DNA from: Lepidodermella squamata
Lineage: Eukaryota > Animalia > Gastrotricha
Assembly: GCA_047495785.1 (NCBI GenBank)
Contig: JBLDXI010000021.1
Span: 1,116,001-1,180,000, forward strand
Direction: 5' to 3'
Length of the DNA: 64,000 bases
Numbering within the stretch: the first letter of the stretch is position 1; each line of letters starts with the position of its first letter. Position numbers and translations under genes: made by a program. Under the pieces are notes generated by a model, which worked only from the letters and a program-made list of their open reading frames with translations, was not told where the DNA came from and did no database searches. Shown piece after piece: positions 37,021-50,025 of this stretch.

Positions 37021-37837
37021 CCGTAAGGCGGTCTTACTTCGGACAAAAACGTGTTTTTGGGGCTTAGTTTTTCGAGGTGAACGAATTTTTTGACGGGCTT
37101 TATGTCAAAAGATGCGCCTTGAAAAACTGCATATTCTAGTATCAACTCCGGTAAAAAAATAATTTTTCCCGTACAGGTATTAAAGGAAAACTGGTCCGGC
37201 TAACTTCGGACACAACTGGGGTAATTTCGGACAGCTCAATGTGAATATTTATATTGGGGTCAAAGTTCACATTAAAGCGAGATAAAACTTGTGAGCAGAT
37301 TTAAGAAAAAAAAACTTAAAAAAAACCAAAATGCATGATGAGGGATTCGAACCCTCAATATTGAATTGTGCTCCCAACGCAGATTAGTGCTGTTCTCAAT
37401 AAAATATGGAGTTTAATAAATGTCAAGGTCAATTGACATCTTTTTGAATTTCCCGTAGTTTGAAGCTGTCCGAACTTACCCGGGACAAAATTTGTTTTCT
37501 AAAGTATTTCCTGATCAAAATTTTCGTTAAAAATTGGTTTGAACATGACAGCATTACTAAATCGATGGTGCTCTATCTTTTCCGCTTCTCTCCAGCAAAA
37601 AATACCTACCTACCAAAAGTTAGCAATTTTGGGTCGCGGGACATGACTGCCAAGAAGTTGGACTATTCTTCGCATACTTATCTGTTTTCAATGTTTTTGG
37701 TGTCATTTGAAAGCCAAGACTCAGGGCTATCTTTTGCAATTTGAACGGTCTCTATATTCACCGGGGCTGAGGAGAAATTCCAGTTCAAAGTCAAAAGTGT
37801 CCGAAGTTACCCTGTCCGAAGTAAGACCGCCTTACGG
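37021..37837. mobile_element. Non-autonomous pogo/Tc1-mariner-like element
   Basis: Perfect 25-bp terminal inverted repeat CCGTAAGGCGGTCTTACTTCGGACA, TA on both sides, internal TTCGGACA subterminal repeats, no transposase. Confidence 0.92.
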
Positions 37838-37882
37838 TACTCTTGTTTTAAGAGTTTGTTTTTCTTCCTCAATGTTGAGTAC

Positions 37883-40384
37883 TTATGGGGCTAGAATAAC
37901 GTTTGTATAATCGCCACATGGTGATTCCGGTAAATTGACTGGACACTCATCGTCCCAACCAACACGTTCGCCAGACTCTGTTCAAGACAATCGTGTCAGT
38001 ATTATTTAAGGAAAGCATCAGCTATCATACCTTTGTTCTGCTCGACCAGCCAATCATAAAGAGGCTTGAAATAATCGACCATTGCAGTTGAGTCCAGCTT
38101 ACGGCTGCCCGTCAGTATTTCCAGCACTTCAGGATATGGCCTTGATCTACCCAAAGCCAAAGCTTCTCTCAGGGCAGATGTTTCGTCTTTGTGACCACTT
38201 ATATCGCACAGATGATAGTCCTTGGTATAGCCAATCTTCCGGCAAAGATGACGGTGCGTTTGAAACTGTAACATGTAAGCGTAAAAGTAGCGGTCGTAAG
38301 CCATAGATCCCGCTACGTGGTGTTTCGCCCCGGCATCAAAGTCATTTTCTGTTCTACGAACCGGTGGTATTAAGCCTTGATACCGACATTTCATCTTCCA
38401 CCACTCAGCGTTGAGCTGAGAAAACGAGATGTTGCCATCAAAAACTGACCATCTGTACTTATCAACGATGTATCCGAACGGTAGAAAAGGAACTTTATCC
38501 AAAGCCATTGTCATCAACGCGTTCAGAGAAGTCCCTGCAAAAAATTCATCACATTTATAGCAAAATTTAGGAAAAGAAATCACTTTTATCCTCCTTGTAG
38601 TCTTTTGGCAGTAGGCCAATCGCTTTAATATGAGTTGGCGTGAGTGCCGAGAGAGCAATAAGATCGCCAATGGCCTCGTGGAATCCCCCATTTGCACCCT
38701 CGCGGAACTCGAACGGCTGTTTGCTATACTGCATGTGGTATTGCGTGTGGCCCATTTCGTGATGAGCGGTGTAGTAGTACTCTCGAGAAACTTCGGCACA
38801 CATCTTGACTCGAAAATCAGTCTGAACTTTGAAATCCCAGGCCGAGGCATGGCACACCATCTTTGTGTTATTTCTCCGCTCGAAAATCGAATTTGTCCAA
38901 TATTCTTTTAACATCGGAGGAAGCCCTATCGATTGGAAGAACCGATCAGCCTCCCGGAAAATGGATTGCACAGTTGATCCCTATTGAAATGACAACATGG
39001 AATTAACTGGAACACACGAGAGATAAGGTAGGCCATTATCCCTCAGAGTTTATCTGTCAAATTGTATGAAACTTCGAAGAATAGCATGCAAATAGCGGGG
39101 AATCGCTTCTAGGCGTTGTTTTAGTATGGGTCATGCAATTGTTCCTGATTGACCACGCAATGACCTTGACTTCGTTGACTAGATTAGAGATAAACCTACG
39201 TTTTTTTTCAGCAAAGCTGTGATATCAAAGTCTGGAGCTTCCGGATATGGTTTCAGCAAATGGATGAGAGAGCCCCAATTCTGGCCATACATGTTCGACA
39301 AAATATGAGCAGGAATATGCCCGCTTGCTGGGAAGAATTTTGCGTATTTCGGATACCGAACGTCTCTCAGCTTCCTTCTCGCATAGGCGTGCAGTTGTTC
39401 ATACAGGGGTTTGACGTTCAGCCAAGATTCTTCGAGTTGTTCGAAATACGTCGGGTCATCGTGTATATTACTTGCTGTCAACAACTCCTTCGCGTTGTTG
39501 AAGCCGTCCAGTTTTGCGGCTTCGTTATACAGCAATGAATAGGCCATAAAATACCCTCTAATTTTCCGGCCGGTTTTATTACGCCAACCTTCCCAGGCCC
39601 ACTGCAGCGTACAATAGTCAGTTGATTGTCTCATGACATCGTCCAGTTCTGTAAAGAAATATCGATGATAATTAATAGCCATGTGCAAATTTCGCTAATT
39701 CATTTATATTACCTGGCTCTAGTTGCAGACAGGTTTTCTTCGTAGATGCTCTATCTACGTGACAAACTTGAGCCACTGAATGTGTTGCGAGCATTGCTCT
39801 GAGAGAATATTGGAACTGCGAATATTCGCTCGCCTTTAAAATTTGACAATTAGCTCTTGAAAGATTTCTCACGTTTGCGAAGGATTTGGAAGGTAGAGCA
39901 GCCGTTCCAATGCTGCTGTAGCCAAGCCAAAGTCGGCGCTTTTCTTCATGCGAACAATTCGCTTTCTCGCAGTCGATACACCTCGCAATACTCCAATACT
40001 CTTTGCTTTTAATGGCATAACGTTTATTCGGCGCTTCCTTCATACATAATTCAATTAATCGGGCTAAAATGATCAATCTTGATATACAACTTTACCTTCC
40101 TTATCGCATTTGCATCTGTTATATTACTTGCCCAGTTCCAGTTTGCATAAGCGGATTTCGTGGTCAGCTCAGCCATCGTTCGACTCCAATCGGCAATATA
40201 TTGCCGGATTTTCGTAATATCGGTGATAACGCCACCTTTGCAGTTCTCAAATTTACCCTGAAATTCGAAAAAACGTACAAGGTAGAGAATTTGATAGTAA
40301 ATTGCAGTTGAAAATATGTACCTCCGCAACTTGAATGACAACTAGGCCGAAAATCACCAGTGTACAGATCGCAAGTAGTTTCAT
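37883..40384 (-). CDS. ACE: ACE-like peptidase (M2), no membrane anchor; copy 3
   Basis: MKLLAICTLVIFGLVVIQVAE signal, [32 protein letters not shown]; ends GDYTNVILAP*. Confidence 0.93.
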
Positions 40385-41116
40385 ATTTAGCAAAATTATC
40401 TTAATACCTAGAAATTCGCACGAATTTTACTAGTATGTTTTACCTAAACTTCTTCCCGAATCTGATAATTTTTGGGCGAGAAACCGGAGCAGAATTATGT
40501 TCCAAAAGCTTATACTGTTTTCCTAGAATAAACTGCGAGATTCTATACATGGGAAAAGAATATAAGGGACAATGAACATCTTTGATGGTTTCATTGCTTC
40601 ATCTTTGAATTCAAAAGTGTGTATAGTTACGTTCACGACTTGCTGCATTAGCTCCGAATTTTTTACTTCCCTCATCGTTATTACAACAATAGCATAGCTG
40701 ACAATCAGCTGCGGCAAAGTAAATAGTCAGCCATTATTTTTCTTATCTCTTCTGTTTTCATTCCATATTATCGATTCTGTATTACGTCTGAAATTTCAGC
40801 CTGATCAGCAAATCTTAAGGTTAGGTAACAAGTTGATTCAAGATAAAGCTTTTTGATCCATCTCATAAAAACGTTTCTATTTTGAGCAGGTCTTCTCTCT
40901 TTTCCCGCAAATTTCAGACTGTATGGTGGTTTTATCAACCAAAAATGAATCACCTGGGTTACCTCTTGTGATGTGTGTCACTCCTCCTTCTATTGAATCA
41001 CTTTATTTCAAATGTTGGCAAAATGCTCAGAAGCGCAGTTAAAATCTTCCACGTTCAAAAAGCCACTTTAGTCTGAAAGGAAAGATAGAGTGATGACGAT
41101 TATAAGCGCTTCAAAA

Positions 41117-43350
41117 TCATAAAGCGTGGTCCAGCAAAAGCTGAATAGCCTCGATATTTTTGATAAATCGCGGTGTCTTGTATTGATTGGAAGCGTTTCC
41201 TGACTTGGCCAGAGACTGCTGTTTCATCTTTTCGAACGAGCCGCGAGCCAAAACAAAAACCTGAAATAGTATAATTTTGCGTACACCTCAGATTTGTCTT
41301 GAATCAATTTACCTTGGGCCTCGCTATGCCTTCAACTTCTCGATAATGTTCATAGGCCGGAGCACTTTTCTGTAACTCTTTGTCAAAAGCAACAGTCTCT
41401 TCGTCAGCCAACTTCCTTTCAAATCCTTCAAGCTCAACGAAGATGGCATAGAACAAAGACCCAGGATCGCCTCTCATATGATCGAACCTCTTATCAGGCG
41501 TGGACTCTATCGTCTTCGTGAATGAAAAGCAATCAGTCGATGAGAAATTAACGATGGATTTAGCGCCAAGCCACTTGTTTTGTTGGACGCATGACGTCAG
41601 GGCTGTGAACACAGAATCCTCGCCAGTTTTCTCGCCGACTACGTCGAGCATACTTCCGATTCGAGAGCAAAACTCAATGACCGGCGACTGGTTGTAGAGC
41701 CCAACGACTTTCAACACATCCCCCATTCGGTAGCGATAAAGCCCTGAAGCATCGCAGGTGATTACCAACTCATAACGGCAACCCACCTTAACTTCATTCA
41801 ACAGCACCGATTCCCCTACAGTTTTTGCACCTTCGTCATCGATAGGGATGAATTCAAAGAAGACTCCGACATCCGGCAGCATCGTGAACTGCTGTTTCAG
41901 CGAAACAGGATTCCCGAGATGAGGATGGGCCATGTTAGCAGCAATAACGCCGCACTCGCTACATGCGTAAATCATCGCGTAGAAATGAACGTCTGGTCCG
42001 AAGAAAAACTTCAGCCGGTCCAGGGCACACGCGTGACTTCCTGATACAGTGACATAGCACATGTTGATCCTAGGCCAAAGACGAGTGACAATCCCTTGAA
42101 ATCCTTTCGCGAATTCAGCTTCAATCTCCTTAGCTCTGTCAGGATCTTTCCACATTAGGTCTGAGACTCTTCCAGCTACGTCGTCGGGAATTCCTAACGA
42201 TTGACTGTCACTTATCATTCCAAATTCGATATCTTTAGTAAGCTGTTGGTGATTTTTCGCGAGGAATTCAAGAGCCGCAACGAGACCGCCGCTGAAAGCA
42301 CAATCGATTCTGCAGAGTTCGGTGTCGTACAGGGCGAAAAGCCAGTGCAAGTAAGTCTGGGCGCTCTCGGAAATCTCTATCCGAGCAGGATCCGGGGTCG
42401 AACGAGGCAGATATAGTTCGAAAGTTTGAAACTGACGGGGTATGTAAGAAACCGGGGTCATGACAATTCCGTACAATGTGTATGGAAGCTTGGAGCTAAA
42501 CGAGATTAAAAGCGATTTCAGAGGCGCTAGGAAGGGACCAGTCGGTAGCAAATATGAGATGAAATGAAACCTTGAAAACGAAAATGTGGAAAAACGTATT
42601 ACCCAAACACCTAATAAGGAAAATGGCTTACAAGTAAAGACCCTCGCCGCGAGAATTTGTCGCAACCACGTTGCCAGGAATTGTTTTGCATTTTCCTGTC
42701 GTTCCGGAGCTCAGGTAAAACTGATTAATCTCTTGATCGGTCAATAAATTCTGCACACCTGTAATAAGAAAAATATGTTAGAACTCTAAACGTCTTGGGA
42801 CTTTGGAAATTTTGTCACATAGTAATAATCATTTGAGCCGCAAGCAGCGACTTTTTTGGGCGTGAAACAAACCTTCGTTTGCGGTTTTATCAATATACTC
42901 CTCGAAGGTTTCATAGCTTGATAAAGGATGCCTGAGTCGATACTGAGACGAGTCTTCAATATCCCCAAGTTTCACTTTCTTGCCATACTCAGTCGCTGCA
43001 TTTTGCCGCAAAATCCGCTTGAGAGTGTTCTCTTGAGCCTCCTTGACGTTATTTGTTGACCTGAAAATTCTCCGCCAGTAGAAGAAACCTTGAATGCTGA
43101 AATAGACATTCCAGTAAAAGTGCACTAAGGCGGCACGAATGCTTCGATGAAGGCGTGATACTGGGAGAAAAACTGCCAAATAAGCCGCTAAAATTGATGC
43201 AATACCAGTGCATAAGGCAGCAAAACCGAGTAGTGATGCCGTCAAGCAAATTGAACAATGGGATACTGAATATTTAGCTGAAATTATTGAAAAGCAGCCG
43301 AAAATTACGGATAACACAATAAATTTCCATGACAAGTGATGCCACACCAT
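41117..43350 (-). CDS. GHDC: GH3-domain protein, copy b (recent duplicate of copy a)
   Basis: Same four exons; LSSGTTG, YACSE, YRYRMGD, NQYKTPR; long stretches identical to copy a. Confidence 0.92.
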
Positions 43351-44022
43351 AATTACAGCTATAGATAATAGTAGTGAATTATAAATGGGGAGTGCTCGAC
43401 TGGTTTGCAGATCTGTCTGGCTATATGCAGCGGTACTGGTTCCGTGTTATCAGCTGCTATTATCCACTACCCGTGCTGCTATTATCCATTTATTATTCGT
43501 GGTTAATGATAAAGGAAACAAATATGTACTATTTTCGGAATAAAAATCGTCTACTTCCAGACACCATTATTCGGCTTATCATTCCGAACGTCCTTTTGGC
43601 CAATTTCATGGCCAATTTTGTCATCGATTACTGATACGATGAAGACTCACTTCGATCGCGTTTTGTTGCACATCGAAAACAAGAATGAGTGAAATCAGAC
43701 ATTTACAAACGTGGTCATTGTTCGCCTAAAATGAGCGATGAATATGCAAACATCCGAGACAACCGCAACAAAAGCAGACGAGCAAAAAAGAACAAGAAAA
43801 TCAATTAAGCGCTTCGTAATTTCGGGAACATAGGCAGGTTGTAGATAAGAATAATGGATTGGTTACATAGATAATATCGCTTTGCGATAAATACGCTTAG
43901 AAACAATTGGTTTATTAATGAACTATCAAATCAAAGATTGCATTTTTCCGTCTGTTAGCAACAGACCGCAAAATAATTGCGTGCTAGTTCTGGCAGTGAA
44001 TCGGCGAGTAATCCAGGCCTGA

Positions 44023-46465
44023 ATGACCGAAAAGCCTCGTACCATATCGGTGCTATCGCGATGCCGCGGAACTCTACTCTTCGCCTCATATTTTTTACTT
44101 GTGACTCTAGCTGCTGCGTTCCTGTCATTTGTTTATTTCAACTCGAACCATCGCTGTTCGTCATTCAGCAGTCGACTACTAACTTTCGATTCGCCGACAT
44201 CAACGGCCGCCGTAATTTTAGAAGAAAATAACTCGACAACACCGGCACAACCGCCTCGAATTGCCAGTGTTTTCAGTGACAGTCCAGTGGTAGATCTAGA
44301 CGTATTGGCTGAATTTAAACAATGGCTAACTGACAAGTATATCAACGGTTTTGTGGCGAAACAGTTACAAGATGATTCAACCTGGCGCAGTGCCAATTTC
44401 GCAATTTACGGCTGCGATGGGTTCTGCGGCGGATGGGGCGATCGGGTTCGCGGTATGACGGCCACTTTCTACCTAGCCGTGCTATCGGAACGTGTGTTCT
44501 GGATGAAGCACACAGCGCCTAGTAATCTCGATCGCTATTTTAGTCTCAGCTACGCTGCTAAAATTACAAAGGTTATATATTATAGGAACAGCGTGTCCCA
44601 GAAGTTGCGCAACTATTTTTAAATTTATCAACTTTTTGTAGGAAATTCAACTAGATTTTGAAATTACCGAGAGAATATTCCATCATTTATTCGCGATAAC
44701 CCAAGGATTAAAAAATTTGCAGGAGAATATCCGGATAATCCGATGGTGTCAGGTTCGGTAATTATCGGGCCTAACACGGGTTTTACCTGGTTGGATCAAA
44801 TTTCTTCGGATTTTTTTAATCCTATTCACAAGAGACGTTGATTACTTGATTTCTGTAAAGATTCTGATGAAAACACTTGATTACTAATTCTTGCCATGAG
44901 ATATGACTTCTTTCATTTTAGAGTTTCTGATCCCTCTTCCGCCTATTTCCTTTGCTTGCGTTACTAGGGGAAAAGCTGTATAGTAGAGTTCATAGTAGTT
45001 AGAAAGATTTTAGAAAAATTCAAAATATCACGAAAATAGGTATGTAGTAATGTATGTATGTCACTTGTCAGTGGGATTAAAAAACCGGAGAAATTTGGTC
45101 CAACCTGGTAAAAACTGAAAATTACCAAACCTGATACCATCGGGGTTTCCGGATTTCCTCCGGCAAAATTTGTTAATCCTTCGGTTAAATCGCGGATATA
45201 AAAGATGGAATATTCTCTCGGTAATTTCAAAAATTAGTTGAATTCCCCGAAAAAAGTTGCTAAATTAAAAAATAGTTGCGCTAATTCTGGGCCAGGCTGT
45301 AAAAGGGTTTATTTCATCTGCTCGTGGAAAATTAATTTTTTTATTGTGAAATTCCATTTTATTCAATTTATACAAAATAAAATGGAAATCCACAAGCAGA
45401 ATCGAGCAGATGAAATAGACCCTAAATCTTCAACTTATGAAAAATCGCCATAATTCGTTGAGCAATCAGAAATTGTCTCCCCACCTTCCTCAAAAAGGAC
45501 AATATTTCATCTATAGCACTACATTTTAGTCCTCAAATTGACATCACTTTACAGTAATTCAACTATTAATTCATGATTTTTTCAAAACACAGGAAAGAAA
45601 GGAGATCATCGAAAGGGATATCGCAGCCGAGGCAACTAGGCACAATTTGGTTGATGTGAGAAATGGCGCGTTTTTCGCCACGCCTGACTTCACAGCAAAG
45701 CATGCGAGTGAGCGATATATGACTTTACACATCAACGTCGACGCTGAGCCATTCTTCGCCGCTCACTCATCTCTATTCGATAATCCTGATTTCAAGACGA
45801 ATTTCGACCGCTATTTCCGGGCTTTTCCCCGATTCTCGCAGCTTAATCAACGAATCCTGCAAGCGGCTGTGGTCCAGTTGCTATTTTCAAGCCCGAGCAA
45901 AGAAATTGAGGCGGGTTTCGATAGTTTGTTGGCGAAGGCTCAAGTGACTAAGGAAGATTGGAATCGGGCTAATAAGATCGGGCTACAACTCCGAATCGAA
46001 CAAGCCTCTTGGGGTGAAAATATTCATGACCGCGTCCAGCCGTCGCAATCGCCTTGTTTCCTAGCTGAAGTACTGAACCAGGTCAAAATTAACAAATTCC
46101 CCACCGCCAACGTCCTAATCTATGTAACAGGCAGCGACACTTCGATAACCCCGGTGGTTGTCAACTTTTTGAAAGCCTGCAGCTTCCGAGCTTTCGCCAT
46201 GGAAGACGCGCCTGTGAATATAGACCGGCTGGGCAAGGGCGTTGATGGCAATACAGCCATGCTTCGCACCATGGTGGACTGGTACGCCTTCTCGCAAGTG
46301 GATGCCATTGTAGGCAGCAAAAGCGGCTTCGTCAAAACTGCCGGTCTAATGCGGGGTGTTCCAATCCGGTTGTTTGCGCACCTTCGCTCACTAAATTCGA
46401 ATTCAAGCTGTATATTCGATGATTACCTTCTACCTGTGATATCTAAAGGGATGAAGCCTAATTAG
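44023..46465 (+). CDS. Type II membrane fucosyltransferase-fold glycosyltransferase (FUT8/NodZ/GT37-like superfamily)
   Basis: Exons 44023-44571 and 45593-46465 join in frame. N-terminal TM and stem, GGWGDRVRG, IGLQLR (motif I), VTGSD (motif II), DW..FSQ.D.IVGSKSGF (motif III). Confidence 0.82.
44589..45299. mobile_element. MITE with imperfect terminal inverted repeats of about 200 bp, in the glycosyltransferase intron
   Basis: The left arm CAGCGTGTCCCAGAAGTTGCGCAACTATTTT..GAGAGAATATTCCATC mirrors the right arm ending GGCTG|TA. Confidence 0.85.
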
Positions 46466-47851
46466 ATTGGTAATTTGTTGTTCATGGCACTTGTGATTCA
46501 ATTTTTCCATTATCTTCAGTTTACAAAAATATGCATGTAATATAGCAATTTGCGACCGATTAATAATTTGGAAAAGCATACACATTATATACAGCTTATT
46601 AATTCCCCAATGCCTTCATGTAATTCTTCATATACCCGTGATCCGTGATCTGAAATAAAGGGAAGGAATTTGGTGGAACCCTAAAACCAGGCTTGCCAAG
46701 TATTTGAATTTTCTTGCCTCTCTAAATGCTGAACGGATGATACGCTTTGAACTCTTGATACGGAGGGTCATGGGGCTCAGTAAAACCGCTCCTTTGTGAA
46801 AGCAGTAGTTCAAGGTGACTTTTACCTACTGTCATTTTTTAAACGAATTCTAACTACCCCGCAAATCCTAAAATCAACTAGGATCCAGGCAAAGTGTTAT
46901 GTGGCTGAAATCGCAAAGGCCGCGACAGCATGACGCCCCTCCAAGTTCCAAGTTTCTCAAGAGAAAAACCTGATCAGTATCGCGGTGGCTGCCAGGAAGA
47001 GATTTCGACGACCTCAATTTTGTCACATTTTTATTTTAGCACGTTAAATTGCTTTTGGATAAAATCGGGTTCTCGCTGTTTTTAGTGACTCTCCTAAGAT
47101 TCTCGAGAAAATACGTTTTCTGGGGCGTTTCGAGGCCAATTTCGTGCAAAATGCTGCCCAAATTAGTGAGAATTTCTAGCCATGGAGAAATTCATTGCAG
47201 CCATAATTCAATTTCCCTATGGCAAAATTTTACCACGCGCATGTAGGAATAGATAAAAAATATCTTGTTGTCACAAGCAGCAGATGTCAAGCTGTTATTT
47301 AACTCTCTTACCTATTATTCACGCAAAACTATCTAAGACGTAGGCTAAGAAGAAGAACCTAATTTCCTACCATAGCCGGCAATATTCCTTCGACTACGAA
47401 AAAGCCGTGAAAGAAAAAAGACACTCAATTTTTTGCAAACTGGCCTCTCACGGGTCATTGGTGTCCAAAGGAAACCATCGGGCATCCGTTAATTTTCAGA
47501 TAGAATTGTGCCGGGTCACCAAGGTTCGCCCATTGTTAGGAAGAACGAAACAGAAAAACGGTTACCGTATTACCGCGTTTATATCTTACATCACTGCTGT
47601 AATCGATTTACTCATCTCAACTCGTCTCCGACTTGTTTCGATTCGAAAATCTCGGCCGGCTCCGTTCAGATATGAACGGAGCCTCCTTTCTCTTGTTATA
47701 TCATATTTTATCATACAATTGTAGGGTTCCAACAGTGAATTTGAGAAGTTTGTGTTTTGTTTCATCAGACACTTATAGAACGGGTCTTGCTGGATGGTGC
47801 CCCGGTACTGCATGAGCCCTTCAGCCATCCGATCGGACGCGAGAAAATCAA

Positions 47852-47904
47852 TTTATTCAATGATCAGACAATCTCTCGGAGAGATTGTCTGATCATTGAA
47901 TAAA
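47852..47904. repeat. Perfect 53-bp palindrome (26-bp arms, 1-nt spacer)
   Basis: TTTATTCAATGATCAGACAATCTCTC-G-GAGAGATTGTCTGATCATTGAATAAA. Confidence 0.95.
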
Positions 47905-48745
47905 CGACCCCAAAACAATCGAAAAAACACTGAACTTCAGCCATGATCTCTTGCTTATATATTTTATTTTATACATGCTGAGGGCCCGAGTCCGAATTCT
48001 GCCCGTACGCAGACGGGTAGCATCGAATCGCCGCTCCGCGCTCGGGCCGCTTTAAAACATGCCCGTATGCGACGTTTACTGTAAATTTAACAAAAAGTCG
48101 AAAGAATCACGCTTCACCACACACGGGCACGGCGGAGAACAATGGGAACCAGCGCTATTATTCAGCCGGCCCAATCCCGGCGTCCCGAGTAGCGCTGGTT
48201 CCAGGTGGGGCGGGAAGTGCGGGAAACCAGAGAAAATTGCTGAATGCTCTGCGGAAGATACGGACGAGTCTGGCTGTGCGGGCAGAATAAAAAATGTACA
48301 TGGGCAGTGCCCGGCTTTTTTGCGTTCGGACAGGCCGGGCTGAATATAAAAATACACCCATACGGGCATATTCCGTGATAATGATATTCTGTCTCGGTTT
48401 GCTTCCCTTTTTGAGTGAAGGATACGTAATGAATCATTACAATTATCAATTGCGATTATTCAGATAAAAAACGAATTCAATTGATCACTATTCTGGAGTA
48501 ATAACCAATAAAAATTTCAAAATTTTACAATTCTTCTTCTTCACAGCCTTTTTGTCCTGGATAGTTCTGTGATGAGTAATACTTGACTGGAGAAAGAAAA
48601 AGAACTCAACACCTGCTGCTTGTGACAACAATTGTAATACCAGTGTTATACTTCAATCGATCAGACTTGCATTTTTTCGTATTTTTGGCAGCAAAATGCT
48701 GTGTCATCAGCGTTCCCTATACCGTGTGGACGGACCTAGATGTTT

Positions 48746-50025
48746 TCATCGGAACAACAATAACTTTTATCGGACTGTTTTTACTTAATTCATCGGAAAG
48801 TCAAAAATAAGAATATTTTTAACTTAAACCGTCGGAAAAATAGTGATTCATAGCTACATCGCTTATTACGAGCTTATTTTATCGGAAGGTTTGCTGCTTT
48901 CATCGGAATATTACATAGTAGTAGAAGTAATGTAAATATTTTTATACGACACCTTAAAAGGTTTTTTCATCAAACTGAAAAGCTATTCCCGATTTGTTCA
49001 TTTGGACTTTCAAATAAAAAGCAAGACGAGGAGGAGGAGAGTTTCGGCGGTGGCGAATAGGAGAATCTTGTCGGTGTATAAGACGACCGCGGTATCGTCG
49101 ATGATGACGACGATTTCGATGTTGAATCGAGCGAAATCGAATATATTACATGTACTAGATACTACATGCTACCTCCTGGTATGTCGTTTCAGATGGCGAA
49201 GAAATTTATTAAAGATAATTAGGACGACCTCTGGATTGATACCAATAAGCGAAGCGCGACAAAAGCAGCTTGGTACTATATAGTCACTTGCTACAATTGC
49301 TGCATGAAATTCCGATGTCATAAGTCAAAATTTAGTTTTCAAGATAGCAGACTGGCGCCTTGAGACACGGTGCACAGCATGCTCACCCTTGTTCAACTCG
49401 CTAGTGATTACGACGATGAGGTGAGTTTCCGACGCTTTTAGTCAAATTTGACCGCTGTAAAAAGAAAAGTGTATCTTTCGCGCTGTTGTAATCATTTTCA
49501 GCTATTTTCAGCGAAAGGCGAGTCTTGAGGTAAAACAGGATTCTGATTTAAATTTATATCAGTATGCCGTTTGAGTCGTAGATTCCGAATTTCGCATCCC
49601 GAATCTTCAGTCGAAGCTGAGACTAGACGGGGTCGCAGCTAGTTCACGTCGCGGAAGAACTCGGTATTTTTTTACAGTAGAATTCAGTAAAGCATTTACC
49701 GTATGTACTGTCGGACGTTTTCTGAAGTGCGGGTCTTCTGCGACGCTGTTCGCTTATTGGCCATTCATTTTCAGCCTTCAATTGATGTTGGAGGTCGAGG
49801 TGGAGGGCCGCGGTGGCCGTCTTGGGCTAGCGTGATTTTTTTGTTAGGAAGGTAGCATTAATAAATGATGAGGCAATAGTTGCCTTATTACATCGGAATA
49901 TTCAATAAAACCAGAATAATGCTTTTCCGATGAAAATAGACGTTTTTCGTGTATAACTAATTATTCCGATAAGTCCGATGGTTTAAGTTAAAACGGTTCG
50001 ATGAAAGTTATTGTTGTTCCGATGA
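48746..50025. mobile_element. Foldback/MITE-like element of about 1.3 kb
   Basis: Inverted arms TCATCGGAACAACAATAACTTT (48746-; -50025) and AACTTAAACC.TCGGA (48821-; -49989); repeated ATCGGAA motifs. Exact ends unresolved. Confidence 0.7.

Noticed and set aside
37335-37362. Possible tRNA gene
   Set aside because: Only a T-arm-like hairpin inside a MITE; no cloverleaf.
46620-47830. Short ORFs suggesting a degenerate gene
   Set aside because: No recognisable domain in any frame examined.
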